This document shows, piece by piece, positions 39,265 through 49,428 of a stretch of 64,000 bases of DNA (position 1 is its first letter; each line of letters starts with the position of its first letter). A program made the position numbers and the translations under genes. Under the pieces are notes generated by a model. The model was not told where the DNA came from. It ran no database searches and saw nothing but the letters and a program-made list of their open reading frames with translations. The DNA comes from an uncultured Verrucomicrobiae bacterium (GTDB lineage Bacteria > Verrucomicrobiota > Verrucomicrobiia > Chthoniobacterales > UBA10450). The DNA lies in assembly GCA_963834385.1 (NCBI GenBank), contig CAWIBO010000001.1:32001-96000 (forward strand), read 5' to 3'.

Positions 39265-40449
39265 GTGGATGATCTGTTCGAGCAGGAGGAAACCGCCCGG
39301 GTCGCGGAGAAGGTCGCCGAGGCTGCGCCCCTCGCCGCGCGCATGCGACCGCGGGATCTATCCGAAATCATCGGGCAGGAACATATCCTCGCGCCCGGCA
39401 AACTGCTGCGGCGCGCCATTGAGGCCGACCGGCTCCCCTCCGTGATCCTCTCCGGCCCGCCGGGCACCGGCAAAACCACCCTGGCGCAGGTGATAGCGAC
39501 CATGACCCAGGGCCGGTTCGAACGCCTGAGCGGCGTGGAAAGCAATGTGGCCGACATGCGCCGCGTGGTCGCCGCGGCCGCCAATCGTCTCCGCGCTTCC
39601 GGTCAGAAGACGATCCTTTTCGTGGATGAAATTCACCACTTCAACAAGGCCCAGCAGGATATTTTGCTGCCCGACGTGGAAAGCGGAAATCTCCGACTGG
39701 TCGGCGCCACCACTTATAACCCGTTCTTTTATGTGAACAGCGCGCTCGTTTCACGTTCCCAGGTTTTCCGCCTCGAACCACTCGGGGTGGAGCACCTGGA
39801 GGCGCTGATAAAGCGCGCGCTGGCGGACGAGGAACGGGGCCTCGGCCGCCATTCCGTGCGGATGGACCCCGAGGCGCGGCGGCATCTGGCGGAGTTGAGC
39901 GACGGCGATGCCCGCAAATGTCTCAATGCACTCGAGATCGGCGTCCTCACCACCCCGCCCGGCCCGGATGGCGTGATTCCTTTCACCCTGGCGGTGGCGG
40001 AAGAGACCATCCAGCAAAAGGCGATCGTCTACGACCGGGCCGGCGACGCCCACTACGACACCATCAGCGCCTTCATCAAGAGCATGCGCGCCTCCGACGA
40101 AACAGGGGCGCTCTACTGGCTCGCGAAGATGCTGCATGCGGGCGAGGATTTTCGTTTCATTGCCCGCCGGATCGTCATTTTCGCGAGCGAAGACGTCGGC
40201 CTGGCCGAGGTGGAGGCGCTGCCGCTGGCGGTGGCGGCGCAGCAGGCGGTGGAGTTCATCGGCATGCCCGAGGCCCGGATCCCGCTGGCGCATGCGACCG
40301 TTTACATGTGCCGCGCCAGGAAGAGTCGTGAAGCCTACGAAGCACTCAACGCCGTCGCGGAGAAGGTGGAGGAAGAGCAGACGCAACGCGTGCCGGAAAA
40401 GCTCAAGAACAAGAAGTTCCCGGTCAATCCCGGGAGCCCGCCGAAATGA
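39265..40449 (+). CDS. rarA: Replication-associated recombination protein A (MgsA/RarA)
   Basis: PLAARMRP, GPPGTGKTT, DEIHHFNKAQQD, GDAR, HYDTISAFIKSMR, ASEDVG. Confidence 0.93.
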   Translation: MDDLFEQEETARVAEKVAEAAPLAARMRPRDLSEIIGQEHILAPGKLLRRAIEADRLPSVILSGPPGTGKTTLAQVIATMTQGRFERLSGVESNVADMRRVVAAAANRLRASGQKTILFVDEIHHFNKAQQDILLPDVESGNLRLVGATTYNPFFYVNSALVSRSQVFRLEPLGVEHLEALIKRALADEERGLGRHSVRMDPEARRHLAELSDGDARKCLNALEIGVLTTPPGPDGVIPFTLAVAEETIQQKAIVYDRAGDAHYDTISAFIKSMRASDETGALYWLAKMLHAGEDFRFIARRIVIFASEDVGLAEVEALPLAVAAQQAVEFIGMPEARIPLAHATVYMCRARKSREAYEALNAVAEKVEEEQTQRVPEKLKNKKFPVNPGSPPK

Positions 40450-41387
40450 GGATTCTCCTCGCGGGCGGCAGCGGACAGGTCGGCACGATCCTGGCCCGTC
40501 ACTTTCACGCCCGCGGTGCGGAAATCACGGTGCTCACACGGCGCGTGGAGCCGGATCTTCCCTGGCCGACCCGGCCCTGGGACGGACGCTCCCCCGGTCC
40601 ATGGACGGACGAGCTGGAGAAAACGGATGTCGTGATCAACCTCGCGGGCCGGAGTGTGAACTGCCGTTACACGGCACGAAATCGCGCCGCCATCATGAAC
40701 TCGCGCCTCGATTCCACCCGCGCCCTCGGAGAGGCGATCGCACGCTCGACCAGGCCGCCCCGCCTCTGGCTCCAGGCGAGCACGGCGACAATCTACGCGC
40801 ATCGCTTCGACGCTCCCAACGATGAGGAGACCGGGATCCTCGGCGGCAACGAACCGGAAGCTCCGGCCTCGTGGCGTTTCAGTATTGAGGTGGCGAAGAA
40901 CTGGGAACTCGCCTGCGAAAACGCGGCCACTCCCGCCACCCGGAAGGTGCTGATGCGGTCGGCCATGATCATGAGCCCGGATCGCGGCGGAATTTTCGAC
41001 CTGCTGCTCAACATGGTCCGGCTTCGCCTGGGAGGTTCGGCCGGTTCCGGGGACCAGTTTGTGTCCTGGATTCACCAGCGCGACTTCATCCGTGCGGTTG
41101 ACCTGCTGATCGACGACGAGAGCTTTTCCGGGCCCGTGAACCTGGCCGCGCCGAACCCGCTGCCTTACCGGGAGTTCATGCGGGAGCTCCGGGAAGCCGC
41201 CGGGGTGTCGCTGGGTCTGCCAGCGACCAGGCTCATGCTGGAGATTGGCGCCTTTTTCCTGCGCACGGAAACGGAGCTGGTTCTCAAATCGCGGCGGGTC
41301 GTTCCCCGGCGCCTGCTCGAATCAGGTTTCGCCTTCGACTTTCCCGAATGGAGAAACGCGGCCCGCGATCTTTGCCAGCATCGGTAG
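40446..41387 (+). CDS. TIGR01777/YfcH-like NAD-dependent epimerase family protein
   Basis: GGSGQVG, INLAG, GSGDQFVSWIH, GPVNLAAP, SRRVVP..L..GF.F. Confidence 0.88.
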   Translation: MRILLAGGSGQVGTILARHFHARGAEITVLTRRVEPDLPWPTRPWDGRSPGPWTDELEKTDVVINLAGRSVNCRYTARNRAAIMNSRLDSTRALGEAIARSTRPPRLWLQASTATIYAHRFDAPNDEETGILGGNEPEAPASWRFSIEVAKNWELACENAATPATRKVLMRSAMIMSPDRGGIFDLLLNMVRLRLGGSAGSGDQFVSWIHQRDFIRAVDLLIDDESFSGPVNLAAPNPLPYREFMRELREAAGVSLGLPATRLMLEIGAFFLRTETELVLKSRRVVPRRLLESGFAFDFPEWRNAARDLCQHR

Positions 41388-41460
41388 TCGTCGGCTTTCA
41401 CCTCGTCGGTCGGGCGCGGCTCCGCCTTGTGCGCTTCCCGTCCCTGCATTAATCGGCTCC

Positions 41461-44055
41461 ATGGCGCGGGCACGAAAGGTGAAGAAGGATTCGCTGCCGG
41501 GGCTGCTCCATCCCCGCCTGGCTTCGTGGCTGGCGAAGACTTTCGAGCGGCCCACGCCGGCGCAGGAGCTTTGCGTGCCGTCGATTCTCGCGGGAGAATC
41601 GATCCTGCTCACTTCGCCCACGGGAAGCGGCAAAACCCTCGCTGGTTTTCTGGGCGTTTTCGATCATCTGCTCCGCGCGCTCGACCGTGGCCCGCTCCCG
41701 CCCGGCGTCCATTGCATTTACGTCTCTCCCCTGCGCGCCCTGGCCTACGATATCGGCAAGAACCTGCGCGCCCCCATCGTCGGCCTCGGCCTGGAAAAGG
41801 AACTCGGGGTGCATCTTCGCACCGGCGATACCACGGCCGGCGAACGGGCAAAATTTCGTCGGCGGCCCTCCCCTTTTCTCGTGACCACGCCCGAGAGTCT
41901 CGCCGTTCTGCTGGCGCAGGCTGATTACGCTCCGCACCTGGCCGCCTGCCGCTTTGTCATTGTCGATGAACTGCATTCCTTTGCAGGGAACAAGCGCGGC
42001 GCCGACCTCAGCATTTCGCTGGAACGCCTCGAGGATCTGCGCGCCCGCGCCGCACCCGACGGTGGGCCGCTCTGCCGGGTGGGCCTTTCCGCCACCGCCG
42101 CTCCCCTCGATCTTCTGGCTTCCTTTCTCGCCGGGGTCGATCGCCCCTGTCGCGTGGCCGAGGCCCGGGTGGAAAAAAAAACGATCGTGGAGGTTTTCTC
42201 GCCCATCCGCCGCAAACCGTATCCGCCGGCCGGTTATACCGGGTCGCGTCTTTATGCGGAACTGGCCGAACTGGTCAGGTCCCGCCGCTCGGTCCTGGTT
42301 TTCACCAATGTCCGCTCGGCCGCGGAGCAGCTTGGGCTTCGCCTGAAGGAGCTGCTCCCAGATCTCGCCGACAAGATCGAGATTCATCATGCCTCGCTCG
42401 ACCGCAGCGTCCGGCTCGAGGTGGAGGACCGGCTCAAGGACGGCGAACTCCGCGCGGTGGTCTGTTCCACCAGCCTGGAGATGGGGATCGACATTGGCGC
42501 GGTTGATCTCGTGGTCATGGTGGCGACACCCAAGGGGGTCTCGCGCGCCCTCCAGCGCATCGGACGCTCCGGTCATTCGCTGAACCAGACCAGCCATGGC
42601 GTCCTTGTCGCCACCAACATCAACGACCTCGCTGAGGCCACGGTCACGGCCCGGCTGGTGCGCGAACGCGCCCTCGACCCGATCAAACTGCAGGACAAGC
42701 CGTTCGATGTCGTGGCCCAGCACGTGGTGGGGATGGCGGCGATGGCTCCTGTCGCCAGCGAGCATGCGTTCCGGGTCATTACCCGGGCCTTTCCCTTTCG
42801 CGAGCTCTCTCCCCACGAGTTCGACCGCATTGTTCGTTACCTCGCGGGAGGCGGAGAAGCGCTGGAGAAGCAATATGCCGGCGTCTTCGGCAAGATCGCG
42901 CTGACCGATGGGATGATCTCGCTCGCCCATCCCCGGGTCGCGCGCGAATTCCTCGTGAACATCGGCACCATCCATGCCGAGGGCTATGTTGATGTCCTCC
43001 TGAACCGGCGCCGCCTCGGTTCGGTCGAGGAAAATTTCATCAAGCAACTTCAGTTGGGTGATCTTTTTGTCCTCGGCGGCCGCGTTCTCCGCCTGGTCGA
43101 GACCGGGGTGCAGGAGGCGCACGTGGAACGGGCCGACGGGCAGCTTCCCACCATCCCGCGCTGGAACGCCGCCAAGATGCCGCTCACATCCGGCCTGGCC
43201 CAGGCCGTGCGCCGTCTCCGGTCGGAGCTGGACGAACGTCTTCGCCGAAACCCGGCGGACGTCGTCACGACCGACTGGCTGGTGGAGCAGTACCACCTTT
43301 CCACCGCCAACGCGCAGGCCATCGTCGAACAGTTTCGCGCGCAGCTGGTCGTTTCGGAAATTCCCGTTGAAGGGCGCATGCTGGTCGAGCTTTATCGCGA
43401 GGAGGAAACCTTCTCGCACTATTTCTTCCACTCCCTCATCGGCCGCAGCGGCAACGACGCTCTCTCCCGCATCGTGGCCTGGCGGGTGAAACAGCGCATC
43501 GGCGGCAACGCTCTGGTCACCATCGACGACTACGGTTTCCTTCTTACCCTGCGTCCCTTCCAGGAACTGACCCTTGAAGACTGGCGGCTCTGTTTCGAGC
43601 GCGAAGGGGCGGAGGAGGACCTGCATGCGGCCCTGCGCGGGTCAGAGCTGGTGAAATGGCAGTTTCGCGGCGTGGCCCAGACCGGCCTGATGGTTCCGCG
43701 CAATTATCCCGGCCGGGAAAGAAAACGAAAGCAGCTTAACTGGAGCGCCGAAGTGCTCTTCCGGGTGCTGGAGCAGCATGAGCCGGGGCATCCGCTGCTG
43801 GAAGAGGCGTATCGCCAGGCCACGCACACGTTCCTCGAAATCGAGGCGGCCACGGCGTTTCTCGACCGGGTCCAGGATTACCGCTGGCGGCTGCTCGAGC
43901 TGCCCGTGATCTCGCCCTTCTCCTTCTCCATCTATGCCAGCAAGATCAAGGAGACCATGATGCTGGAGGATCCGGCCACGGCGGTGGAACGCATTTACCG
44001 CGAGATGTACGCGCGGGTGGAGGAACTGGCCGGGAAGGTCTCGGTTTCCAAGTGA
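41461..44055 (+). CDS. lhr: Lhr-like DEAD/DEAH-box helicase
   Basis: SPTGSGKT, SPLRAL, TTPESL, DELH, GLSAT, HHASL, SLEMGID, QRIGRSGH. Confidence 0.88.
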   Translation: MARARKVKKDSLPGLLHPRLASWLAKTFERPTPAQELCVPSILAGESILLTSPTGSGKTLAGFLGVFDHLLRALDRGPLPPGVHCIYVSPLRALAYDIGKNLRAPIVGLGLEKELGVHLRTGDTTAGERAKFRRRPSPFLVTTPESLAVLLAQADYAPHLAACRFVIVDELHSFAGNKRGADLSISLERLEDLRARAAPDGGPLCRVGLSATAAPLDLLASFLAGVDRPCRVAEARVEKKTIVEVFSPIRRKPYPPAGYTGSRLYAELAELVRSRRSVLVFTNVRSAAEQLGLRLKELLPDLADKIEIHHASLDRSVRLEVEDRLKDGELRAVVCSTSLEMGIDIGAVDLVVMVATPKGVSRALQRIGRSGHSLNQTSHGVLVATNINDLAEATVTARLVRERALDPIKLQDKPFDVVAQHVVGMAAMAPVASEHAFRVITRAFPFRELSPHEFDRIVRYLAGGGEALEKQYAGVFGKIALTDGMISLAHPRVAREFLVNIGTIHAEGYVDVLLNRRRLGSVEENFIKQLQLGDLFVLGGRVLRLVETGVQEAHVERADGQLPTIPRWNAAKMPLTSGLAQAVRRLRSELDERLRRNPADVVTTDWLVEQYHLSTANAQAIVEQFRAQLVVSEIPVEGRMLVELYREEETFSHYFFHSLIGRSGNDALSRIVAWRVKQRIGGNALVTIDDYGFLLTLRPFQELTLEDWRLCFEREGAEEDLHAALRGSELVKWQFRGVAQTGLMVPRNYPGRERKRKQLNWSAEVLFRVLEQHEPGHPLLEEAYRQATHTFLEIEAATAFLDRVQDYRWRLLELPVISPFSFSIYASKIKETMMLEDPATAVERIYREMYARVEELAGKVSVSK

Positions 44056-44104
44056 ACCCGGGCTGGCTCGGCCGCTCCGATCCGCTGCCAGGCCGCGAAA
44101 ACCA

Positions 44105-44136
44105 GAAAGGGGCAGGTCTTTCGACCCACCCCTTTC
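44105..44136. terminator. Hairpin between convergent lhr and pilC-like genes
   Basis: GAAAGGGG-CA-GGTC-TTTC-GACC-CA-CCCCTTTC; short T tracts only. Confidence 0.5.
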
Positions 44137-44175
44137 CGTCCATGAGCAGCTTCTCCTTAGCTTTTGCTCTGAAAT

Positions 44176-45399
44176 TTAGTTCTTACTCTGCGAAACCACT
44201 TCGTTGAGCTTGAAGATCGGCAGGAACATCGCGATGACGATGCCGCCCACGATCACGCCGAGGAAGACGATTAGCATCGGCTCGATCAGCGAGGTCAGGG
44301 CGTCGAGCATGGCCTCAATCTCCTCATCCCAAAAGTCCGCCATCTTCTCCAGCATGGTGTCGATCTTGCCGGTGGCCTCGCCCGCCGCCACCATGCGCAG
44401 CATCATGGGCGGAAACACGGGCTGTTTGGAAAGCGCCACGGAGAGGTTGTCCCCTTTCTCCACGTCCGAGCTCACCACCTTGACGCTGCTCTCAACCACA
44501 TGATTGCCGGAAGTCGCACCCACGATATCGAGCACCTCGAGGATCGGGACACCGCTGCGAATCAGCTGGGCGAAAGTGCGGGCGAAGCGCGACATGCAGA
44601 TCTTGTGCACGAGCGGCCCGAAGACCGGGAGTTTCAGCTTCCATTTGTCGCCAAACTGCCGCCCGGCTTTGGTCCGGAGAAAATAACGAATGCCGAAGAT
44701 GGCGCCGAAGAGTGCGAAGGCGAGGAAATACCACTGCCCGCGAATGAACTCGCTCATGTCGATCAGGAACTGGGTGGGCGCCGGGAGCTTGGCGCCGAAG
44801 TCCTTGAAGATCTCGCCGAAGATCGGAACGACCTTGACGATAAGGAAAGTGGTGATGGCAAAGGCGATGCAGATCACGATGACCGGGTAGGTCATGGCGG
44901 ACTTCACCTTTTTGCGCAGGCGGGCGCTGGCTTCGAGGAAGCCGGCCAGGCGATCCAGGATCTCCGCGAGGAGACCACCCTGTTCGCCCGCCTTGATCAT
45001 GCTGCAATAAAGACGACTGAAGACGCGCGGATGCTTGGAGATCGCCTCGGTCATGGTCTCGCCCGACTGGATGGCGGTGGTGACCTCGCTCACGACCTGG
45101 CGGAGGTTGCGCTGCCGTTTCGGGTCGCATTGCTCGTAGAGGGCGGTCATGGCCTGGACGAGCGAGATGCCAGCCTCGACCATGGTGGAGAGCTGGCGGG
45201 TGAAAAGGACGAGGTCCGTTTCCTTAACACTTACATTTTTCTTGCGCGTTTTGCCGGCGGCGGCCTTTTTCTGGAGGGAGAGGACCATGAGACCGCGACC
45301 CATAAGGGCGCTGATGGCATTGTCCTCGTTCAGGGCGTCGTGGAGACCGGAGACGATTTTACCGGAGGTATCCCGGGCTTGGTAGGAGAAGGTAATCAT
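44176..45399 (-). CDS. pilC: Type II secretion system F family / type IV pilus platform protein
   Basis: FTRQLSTMVEAG, AGEQGG, KVKSAMTYP, GEATG, IEP..IV.LG..VG.IVIAMFLP. Confidence 0.88.
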   Translation of the reverse strand: MITFSYQARDTSGKIVSGLHDALNEDNAISALMGRGLMVLSLQKKAAAGKTRKKNVSVKETDLVLFTRQLSTMVEAGISLVQAMTALYEQCDPKRQRNLRQVVSEVTTAIQSGETMTEAISKHPRVFSRLYCSMIKAGEQGGLLAEILDRLAGFLEASARLRKKVKSAMTYPVIVICIAFAITTFLIVKVVPIFGEIFKDFGAKLPAPTQFLIDMSEFIRGQWYFLAFALFGAIFGIRYFLRTKAGRQFGDKWKLKLPVFGPLVHKICMSRFARTFAQLIRSGVPILEVLDIVGATSGNHVVESSVKVVSSDVEKGDNLSVALSKQPVFPPMMLRMVAAGEATGKIDTMLEKMADFWDEEIEAMLDALTSLIEPMLIVFLGVIVGGIVIAMFLPIFKLNEVVSQSKN

Positions 45400-45420
45400 G
45401 AGATTTCTTAGAATCACCAT

Positions 45421-45436
45421 AGCAGCTAGAATGCCA
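45421..45436 (-). promoter_or_regulatory. Putative sigma54 (-24/-12) promoter of pilC-like gene
   Basis: TGGCAT-TCTAG-CTGCT, about 21 nt upstream of the ATG. Confidence 0.65.
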
Positions 45437-45456
45437 ACGGACCGGGCCCTCTGACA

Positions 45457-46059
45457 ATGTCCTCCCCCACCGAGTTTCACCGGCTCTCCCCCACCCTCGC
45501 CCTCTGGCATCGCTATGATCCCCCGGTGAAAACCGACCTTTTTTCCTCGGCCACACGCCTCGGACGGGGCTGGCTTGCCGTCGATCCTTCCTCCCCCTGG
45601 CCCCCTGAGTTGGAGGAACTTCCGGGCCCATGGGTCGGCGCCGTGGTCACCAATTCCAATCATGGCCGGGCGGCCCATTCCTTTGCCGGGCACCACCATT
45701 GCCCGGTGTTCGCCTCCGCCGCGGCGGCGGAGGAAGGGGGACTGGGCGAGGTCACCCTCCTGGAAGGGCGAACCCAGATCGAAAACGAGGTCGAAGTGAT
45801 CCCGCTGGAAGGAGCGGCCCCGGGGGAAGTGGCGCTCTTCCACGCCGGGCAGCGGCTCCTGATCCTGGGCGACGCCGTGATCAATGCGGAGCCTTATGGT
45901 TTCTCCCTGCTTCCGGCCCGCTATTGCACCAACGCGCGAAGGCTCCGCGAGAGTCTTCTCCCGCTCCTCGACCACGACTTCGACATCCTCGTGTTTGCCC
46001 ATGGCCATCCCGTCATGTCACACGCGCGCGATCGCCTCAGAAACCTGCTCGTCCAATGA
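45457..46059 (+). CDS. MBL-fold hydrolase-like protein (degenerate metal motif)
   Basis: VDP, TNSNHGR, ILGDA, FAHG. Confidence 0.7.
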   Translation: MSSPTEFHRLSPTLALWHRYDPPVKTDLFSSATRLGRGWLAVDPSSPWPPELEELPGPWVGAVVTNSNHGRAAHSFAGHHHCPVFASAAAAEEGGLGEVTLLEGRTQIENEVEVIPLEGAAPGEVALFHAGQRLLILGDAVINAEPYGFSLLPARYCTNARRLRESLLPLLDHDFDILVFAHGHPVMSHARDRLRNLLVQ

Positions 46060-46919
46060 GTCCAATTGCGCCCGCCGGACCGGCCTTGGTCCGCCTGCTT
46101 CGGCTGGTCCGTTTCTCCCACACCATCTTCGCGCTTCCCTTTGCCCTCGGCGCCCTTCTGGTCGCCACCGGCGGCCGTCCTTCCCTGCGCCTTCTTCTCC
46201 TGGTCCTGGCTTGCATGGTCACAGCCCGGACCGCCGCCATGCTTTTCAATCGCGTGGCCGACTGGTCGTTCGACCAGCGGAACCCCCGCACGAGCAACCG
46301 GCAGCATCTTGCGAGTCGGCGGACGGCGGTCATCATGCTGGCGGGCAGCAGCCTGGCCTTCCTGGTCTGCGCGGCCGCGATCAACCGGCTGACCCTGCTG
46401 CTGGCGCCGGTCGCCCTGGCGATTGTCTTTTTCTATTCGCTGACCAAACGCTTCACCGCGGCCAGCCATTTCTTTCTCGGGCTGGCCCTGGCCGTGGCCC
46501 CGGTCGGGGCCTGGATCGCCGCCACGGGCGCGGTGGCCCTGCCCCCGCTCGTCCTGGGATTCGGCGTCCTTTGCTGGGTGGCCGGCTTTGATCTGATCTA
46601 CGCCACGCAGGACGCGGAGTTCGATCGGCGGGAGGGCCTCCATTCTTTGGTCGTGCGTCTCGGGATTCCCGCCAGCCTGCTTTTCGCGCAAATCCTGCAC
46701 CTGGGAATGTTCCTTTGTCTTGTTCTCTTCGGCATCGTCAGCCCTTTTCTTGGCGCGATCTACTTCAGCGGCCTGGGCCTTGTCGCGGTGGCCCTGGTTT
46801 TTGAACATCGCGCCGCCGGCCAGTCCGATCTTGCCGCCATCAACCGCGCCTTTTTTCAGAGCAACGCTTTTGTCAGCGTCGTCTTTCTCGTGGCGGTGGC
46901 AGCCGATGTGTGGCTTTAG
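46056..46919 (+). CDS. UbiA-family prenyltransferase (MqnP/4-hydroxybenzoate polyprenyltransferase-like)
   Basis: FSHTIFALPF, NRVADWSFDQRNPRT, YSLTKRF, FDLIYATQDAEFD. Confidence 0.9.
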   Translation: MSPIAPAGPALVRLLRLVRFSHTIFALPFALGALLVATGGRPSLRLLLLVLACMVTARTAAMLFNRVADWSFDQRNPRTSNRQHLASRRTAVIMLAGSSLAFLVCAAAINRLTLLLAPVALAIVFFYSLTKRFTAASHFFLGLALAVAPVGAWIAATGAVALPPLVLGFGVLCWVAGFDLIYATQDAEFDRREGLHSLVVRLGIPASLLFAQILHLGMFLCLVLFGIVSPFLGAIYFSGLGLVAVALVFEHRAAGQSDLAAINRAFFQSNAFVSVVFLVAVAADVWL

Positions 46920-47023
46920 GACGCTTTTCTGAATCCGGCCCGGCCGGGACGGACGCTGTGGCGTGCGCCGTCTCCGGAGCGCTTGGGCTTGCGTCGCCTT
47001 TTTTTCTTTCTAACCCAAAGTGC

Positions 47024-47070
47024 GTTCGGGCGAGACGCCCGAACCGGCGGGCGGGACGCCCACCCTACCC
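47024..47070. repeat. REP-like palindromic element
   Basis: GTTCGGGCG-AGA-CGCCCGAAC followed by GGGCG-GGA-CGCCC-ACCCTACCC between convergent genes. Confidence 0.6.
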
Positions 47071-47502
47071 GGGAGTGGACTCGAGCTGCTCGATGCGGCG
47101 GGTGTGCCGGCCGCCTTCAAAATCGGTGGCGAGCCAGACGCGCACGATCTGGAGGGCGACCTCTTCCTGGACGAGGCGCTGACCCAGGGAAAGAACATTG
47201 GCGTCATTGTGTTCCCGGGCGAGCCGCGCGCTTTCGACATTCCAGCAGAGGGAGCAGCGGACGCCGCGCACTTTGTTTGCCGCCATGGCCTCACCGTTGC
47301 CCGATCCCCCGAAGACGATGGCGCGGTCGCATTCGCCGGCCGGGACGGAGGCGGCGGCCGGCCGCACAAAAACGGGGTAATCGACCGGCTCTTCGCTGTT
47401 CGTGCCGAAATCTTTCACCTCGTGCCCGAGCGATGCGAGCAACCCTTTCACCTTTTCCTTCAGGTGAAACCCGGCGTGGTCCGTGCCCAGGGCGATCTTC
47501 AT
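47065..47502 (-). CDS. rpiB: Ribose-5-phosphate isomerase B
   Basis: GTDHAG, DYP, GGSGNGEAMAANKV.GVR, AREHNDAN, FEGGRH.RR. Confidence 0.95.
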   Translation of the reverse strand: MKIALGTDHAGFHLKEKVKGLLASLGHEVKDFGTNSEEPVDYPVFVRPAAASVPAGECDRAIVFGGSGNGEAMAANKVRGVRCSLCWNVESARLAREHNDANVLSLGQRLVQEEVALQIVRVWLATDFEGGRHTRRIEQLESTPG

Positions 47503-47559
47503 GAGGCAGAACTTAGGATGAATGCGCCGTAGGCCAAGCCCGCATGTTCCGAGCGCCCG

Positions 47560-48519
47560 TCATTCCGGCTGGATCCGCCCCAGTTCCTCCCAGAGCTCCC
47601 GTTCCCGGGCGGAGAGAGCGCGCGGCACCACGATCTGCGCCTCGACATAAAGATGGCCGCGACGCCCGGCGGCCGAGGGCAGCCCGCGCTCCCGCAGGCG
47701 AAAACGCTGTCCTCCCTGAGTGCCGGCCGGCACCTTCAACTTCACCTCGCCCTCCAGCGTCGGCACAAGCAGTTCCGCCCCGAGGGCCGCCTGCCAGGGA
47801 TGGACGCGCGCCTCGTAAACAAGGTCACTCCCCTCCACGGTAAAGTCCGGGTGCCGCGCCAGCCTGACGCGCAGGAAAAGGTCGCCGCTTTTTCCGCCCC
47901 CCATGCCCGCTTCACCCTGTCCCGCCAGCCGGATGCGCTGTCCTTCATGCACACCTTTCGGAATCTTGACCTGGTAGGTCTCGATCTTCTGCGCCCCGCC
48001 CCGCCGCAACGAGACGGTGCGAGTGGAGCCAAGCAACGCTTCCTCGAGCGTAACCATGATGTCCGCCTCGACATCGCTGCCCCGCTCGGCCATGGGGGCG
48101 CCGCCGCCATAACCGCCAAAGGCGGACCTCCCGCGGCCGCCACCGAAGAACGCCTCGAAAAAATCGCTGAACCCGGTGCCGCCGAACTCGAATTCCACCC
48201 CGCCGCCATTCGCGCCCCCAAAACCACCGGGAAAGCCGCCGGCGCCGGCCCCGCCGCTCCATCCAGGAGGCGCCTGGTACCCGCCGGGCTGGTTCCAGTT
48301 CGCGCCGAGATCGTCATACTTGCTCCGTTTAACCGGATCGCTCAGGACCTCGTAGGCTTCGTTGATCTGCTTAAACTTCTCCTCTGCCGCGCCCTTGTCC
48401 TTGGCCACGTCCGGGTGGTATTGCCGCGCCAGTTTCCGGAAGGCACTCCGAATCTCGTCGGCCGTAGCCGTTTTCGACACCCCCAGCGTCTCGTAATAAT
48501 CCCGGAATTGCACGGCCAT
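47560..48519 (-). CDS. DnaJ class B (CbpA-like) chaperone
   Basis: J domain with HPD, G/F region, GFSDFF, C-terminal domain, no zinc finger. Confidence 0.92.
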   Translation of the reverse strand: MAVQFRDYYETLGVSKTATADEIRSAFRKLARQYHPDVAKDKGAAEEKFKQINEAYEVLSDPVKRSKYDDLGANWNQPGGYQAPPGWSGGAGAGGFPGGFGGANGGGVEFEFGGTGFSDFFEAFFGGGRGRSAFGGYGGGAPMAERGSDVEADIMVTLEEALLGSTRTVSLRRGGAQKIETYQVKIPKGVHEGQRIRLAGQGEAGMGGGKSGDLFLRVRLARHPDFTVEGSDLVYEARVHPWQAALGAELLVPTLEGEVKLKVPAGTQGGQRFRLRERGLPSAAGRRGHLYVEAQIVVPRALSARERELWEELGRIQPE

Positions 48520-48589
48520 GGCGGAAGCAAGGTTCCAAAAGGGAGCTCATTCCGCAACTTCTCCGGCCGCCCGCGGTTGAAAGAGGAGT

Positions 48590-49120
48590 ATGAACAAACC
48601 TAAACTTTTCATCTTCGCCCTCGTTCTTTCTCTCGGGATCGCCGTCCCGGCCGGCCAGGCTGCCGACCCAACTGCGGCACCGGACAAGAAAATCGCCAGG
48701 GAGGGGGGACCCGGCCACCGCCACGGTAAAGAGGGCGGCTTTCGCGGGGGACGCGGGCACCGCGGAATCATGGCCAAGCTGGGGGCTCTCGATGTCTCCG
48801 ACGCGCAGCGCGAACAAATCCGCGGCGTGTTGAAGGAATCGCGGCCCAACATGCGACCGCTCATGAAGCAGTACATGCAGGAGCGCCGGGCCTTGCGTGA
48901 AGCCATCCAGGCCACCCCGGTCAACGAAGCCGCCATCCGGGCGCAATCCGCCCGGGTGTCGCAGGTCAAGACCGAGCTCGACATCAAGCGCGCGCACATG
49001 TCGCAGCGCATCCGCGCCGCTCTCACGCCCGAGCAGGTGGAGAAACTCCGGAACATGGAAGGTCGCTTCGACAAGCGGATGGACGCCATGGCCGAGCGGA
49101 TGGAGGAAAACGAGGAATAA
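48590..49120 (+). CDS. Spy/CpxP family periplasmic chaperone
   Basis: SD GAGGAG, signal peptide, LDVSDAQ and LTPEQ motifs. Confidence 0.85.
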   Translation: MNKPKLFIFALVLSLGIAVPAGQAADPTAAPDKKIAREGGPGHRHGKEGGFRGGRGHRGIMAKLGALDVSDAQREQIRGVLKESRPNMRPLMKQYMQERRALREAIQATPVNEAAIRAQSARVSQVKTELDIKRAHMSQRIRAALTPEQVEKLRNMEGRFDKRMDAMAERMEENEE

Positions 49121-49143
49121 TCCGGCACTCGCTGTCGGCAGGA

Positions 49144-49177
49144 GGGGCGGTCCCAAGGGGCCGCCCTTTTCTTTTTT
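49144..49177 (+). terminator. Intrinsic terminator after the spy-like gene
   Basis: GGGCGGTCC/GGGCCGCCC stem followed by TTTTCTTTTTT. Confidence 0.8.
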
Positions 49178-49209
49178 GCGGGGACCCGGTTTTCGCCAAA
49201 GACTGACGC

Positions 49210-49422
49210 ATGCCCGAGCTCGGCAAACTTCTGGTTTTGGCCGGCGGCCTCCTCACGCTGCTCGGACTTCTTCTCTGGAGCGGGGTGGGTTCCGGCTGGC
49301 TGGGACGGCTGCCTGGCGACATCCGCATCGACCGAGGCAGCAGCGGGTTCTACTTCCCGATCGTCACCTGCCTCGTCCTCAGCGTGCTTCTGAGCCTGCT
49401 CTTTTCCCTGTTCCGCCGATAG
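49210..49422 (+). CDS. DUF2905 small membrane protein
   Basis: LGRLPGDI, FYFPIVTCL. Confidence 0.88.
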   Translation: MPELGKLLVLAGGLLTLLGLLLWSGVGSGWLGRLPGDIRIDRGSSGFYFPIVTCLVLSVLLSLLFSLFRR

Positions 49423-49428
49423 TCGCGC

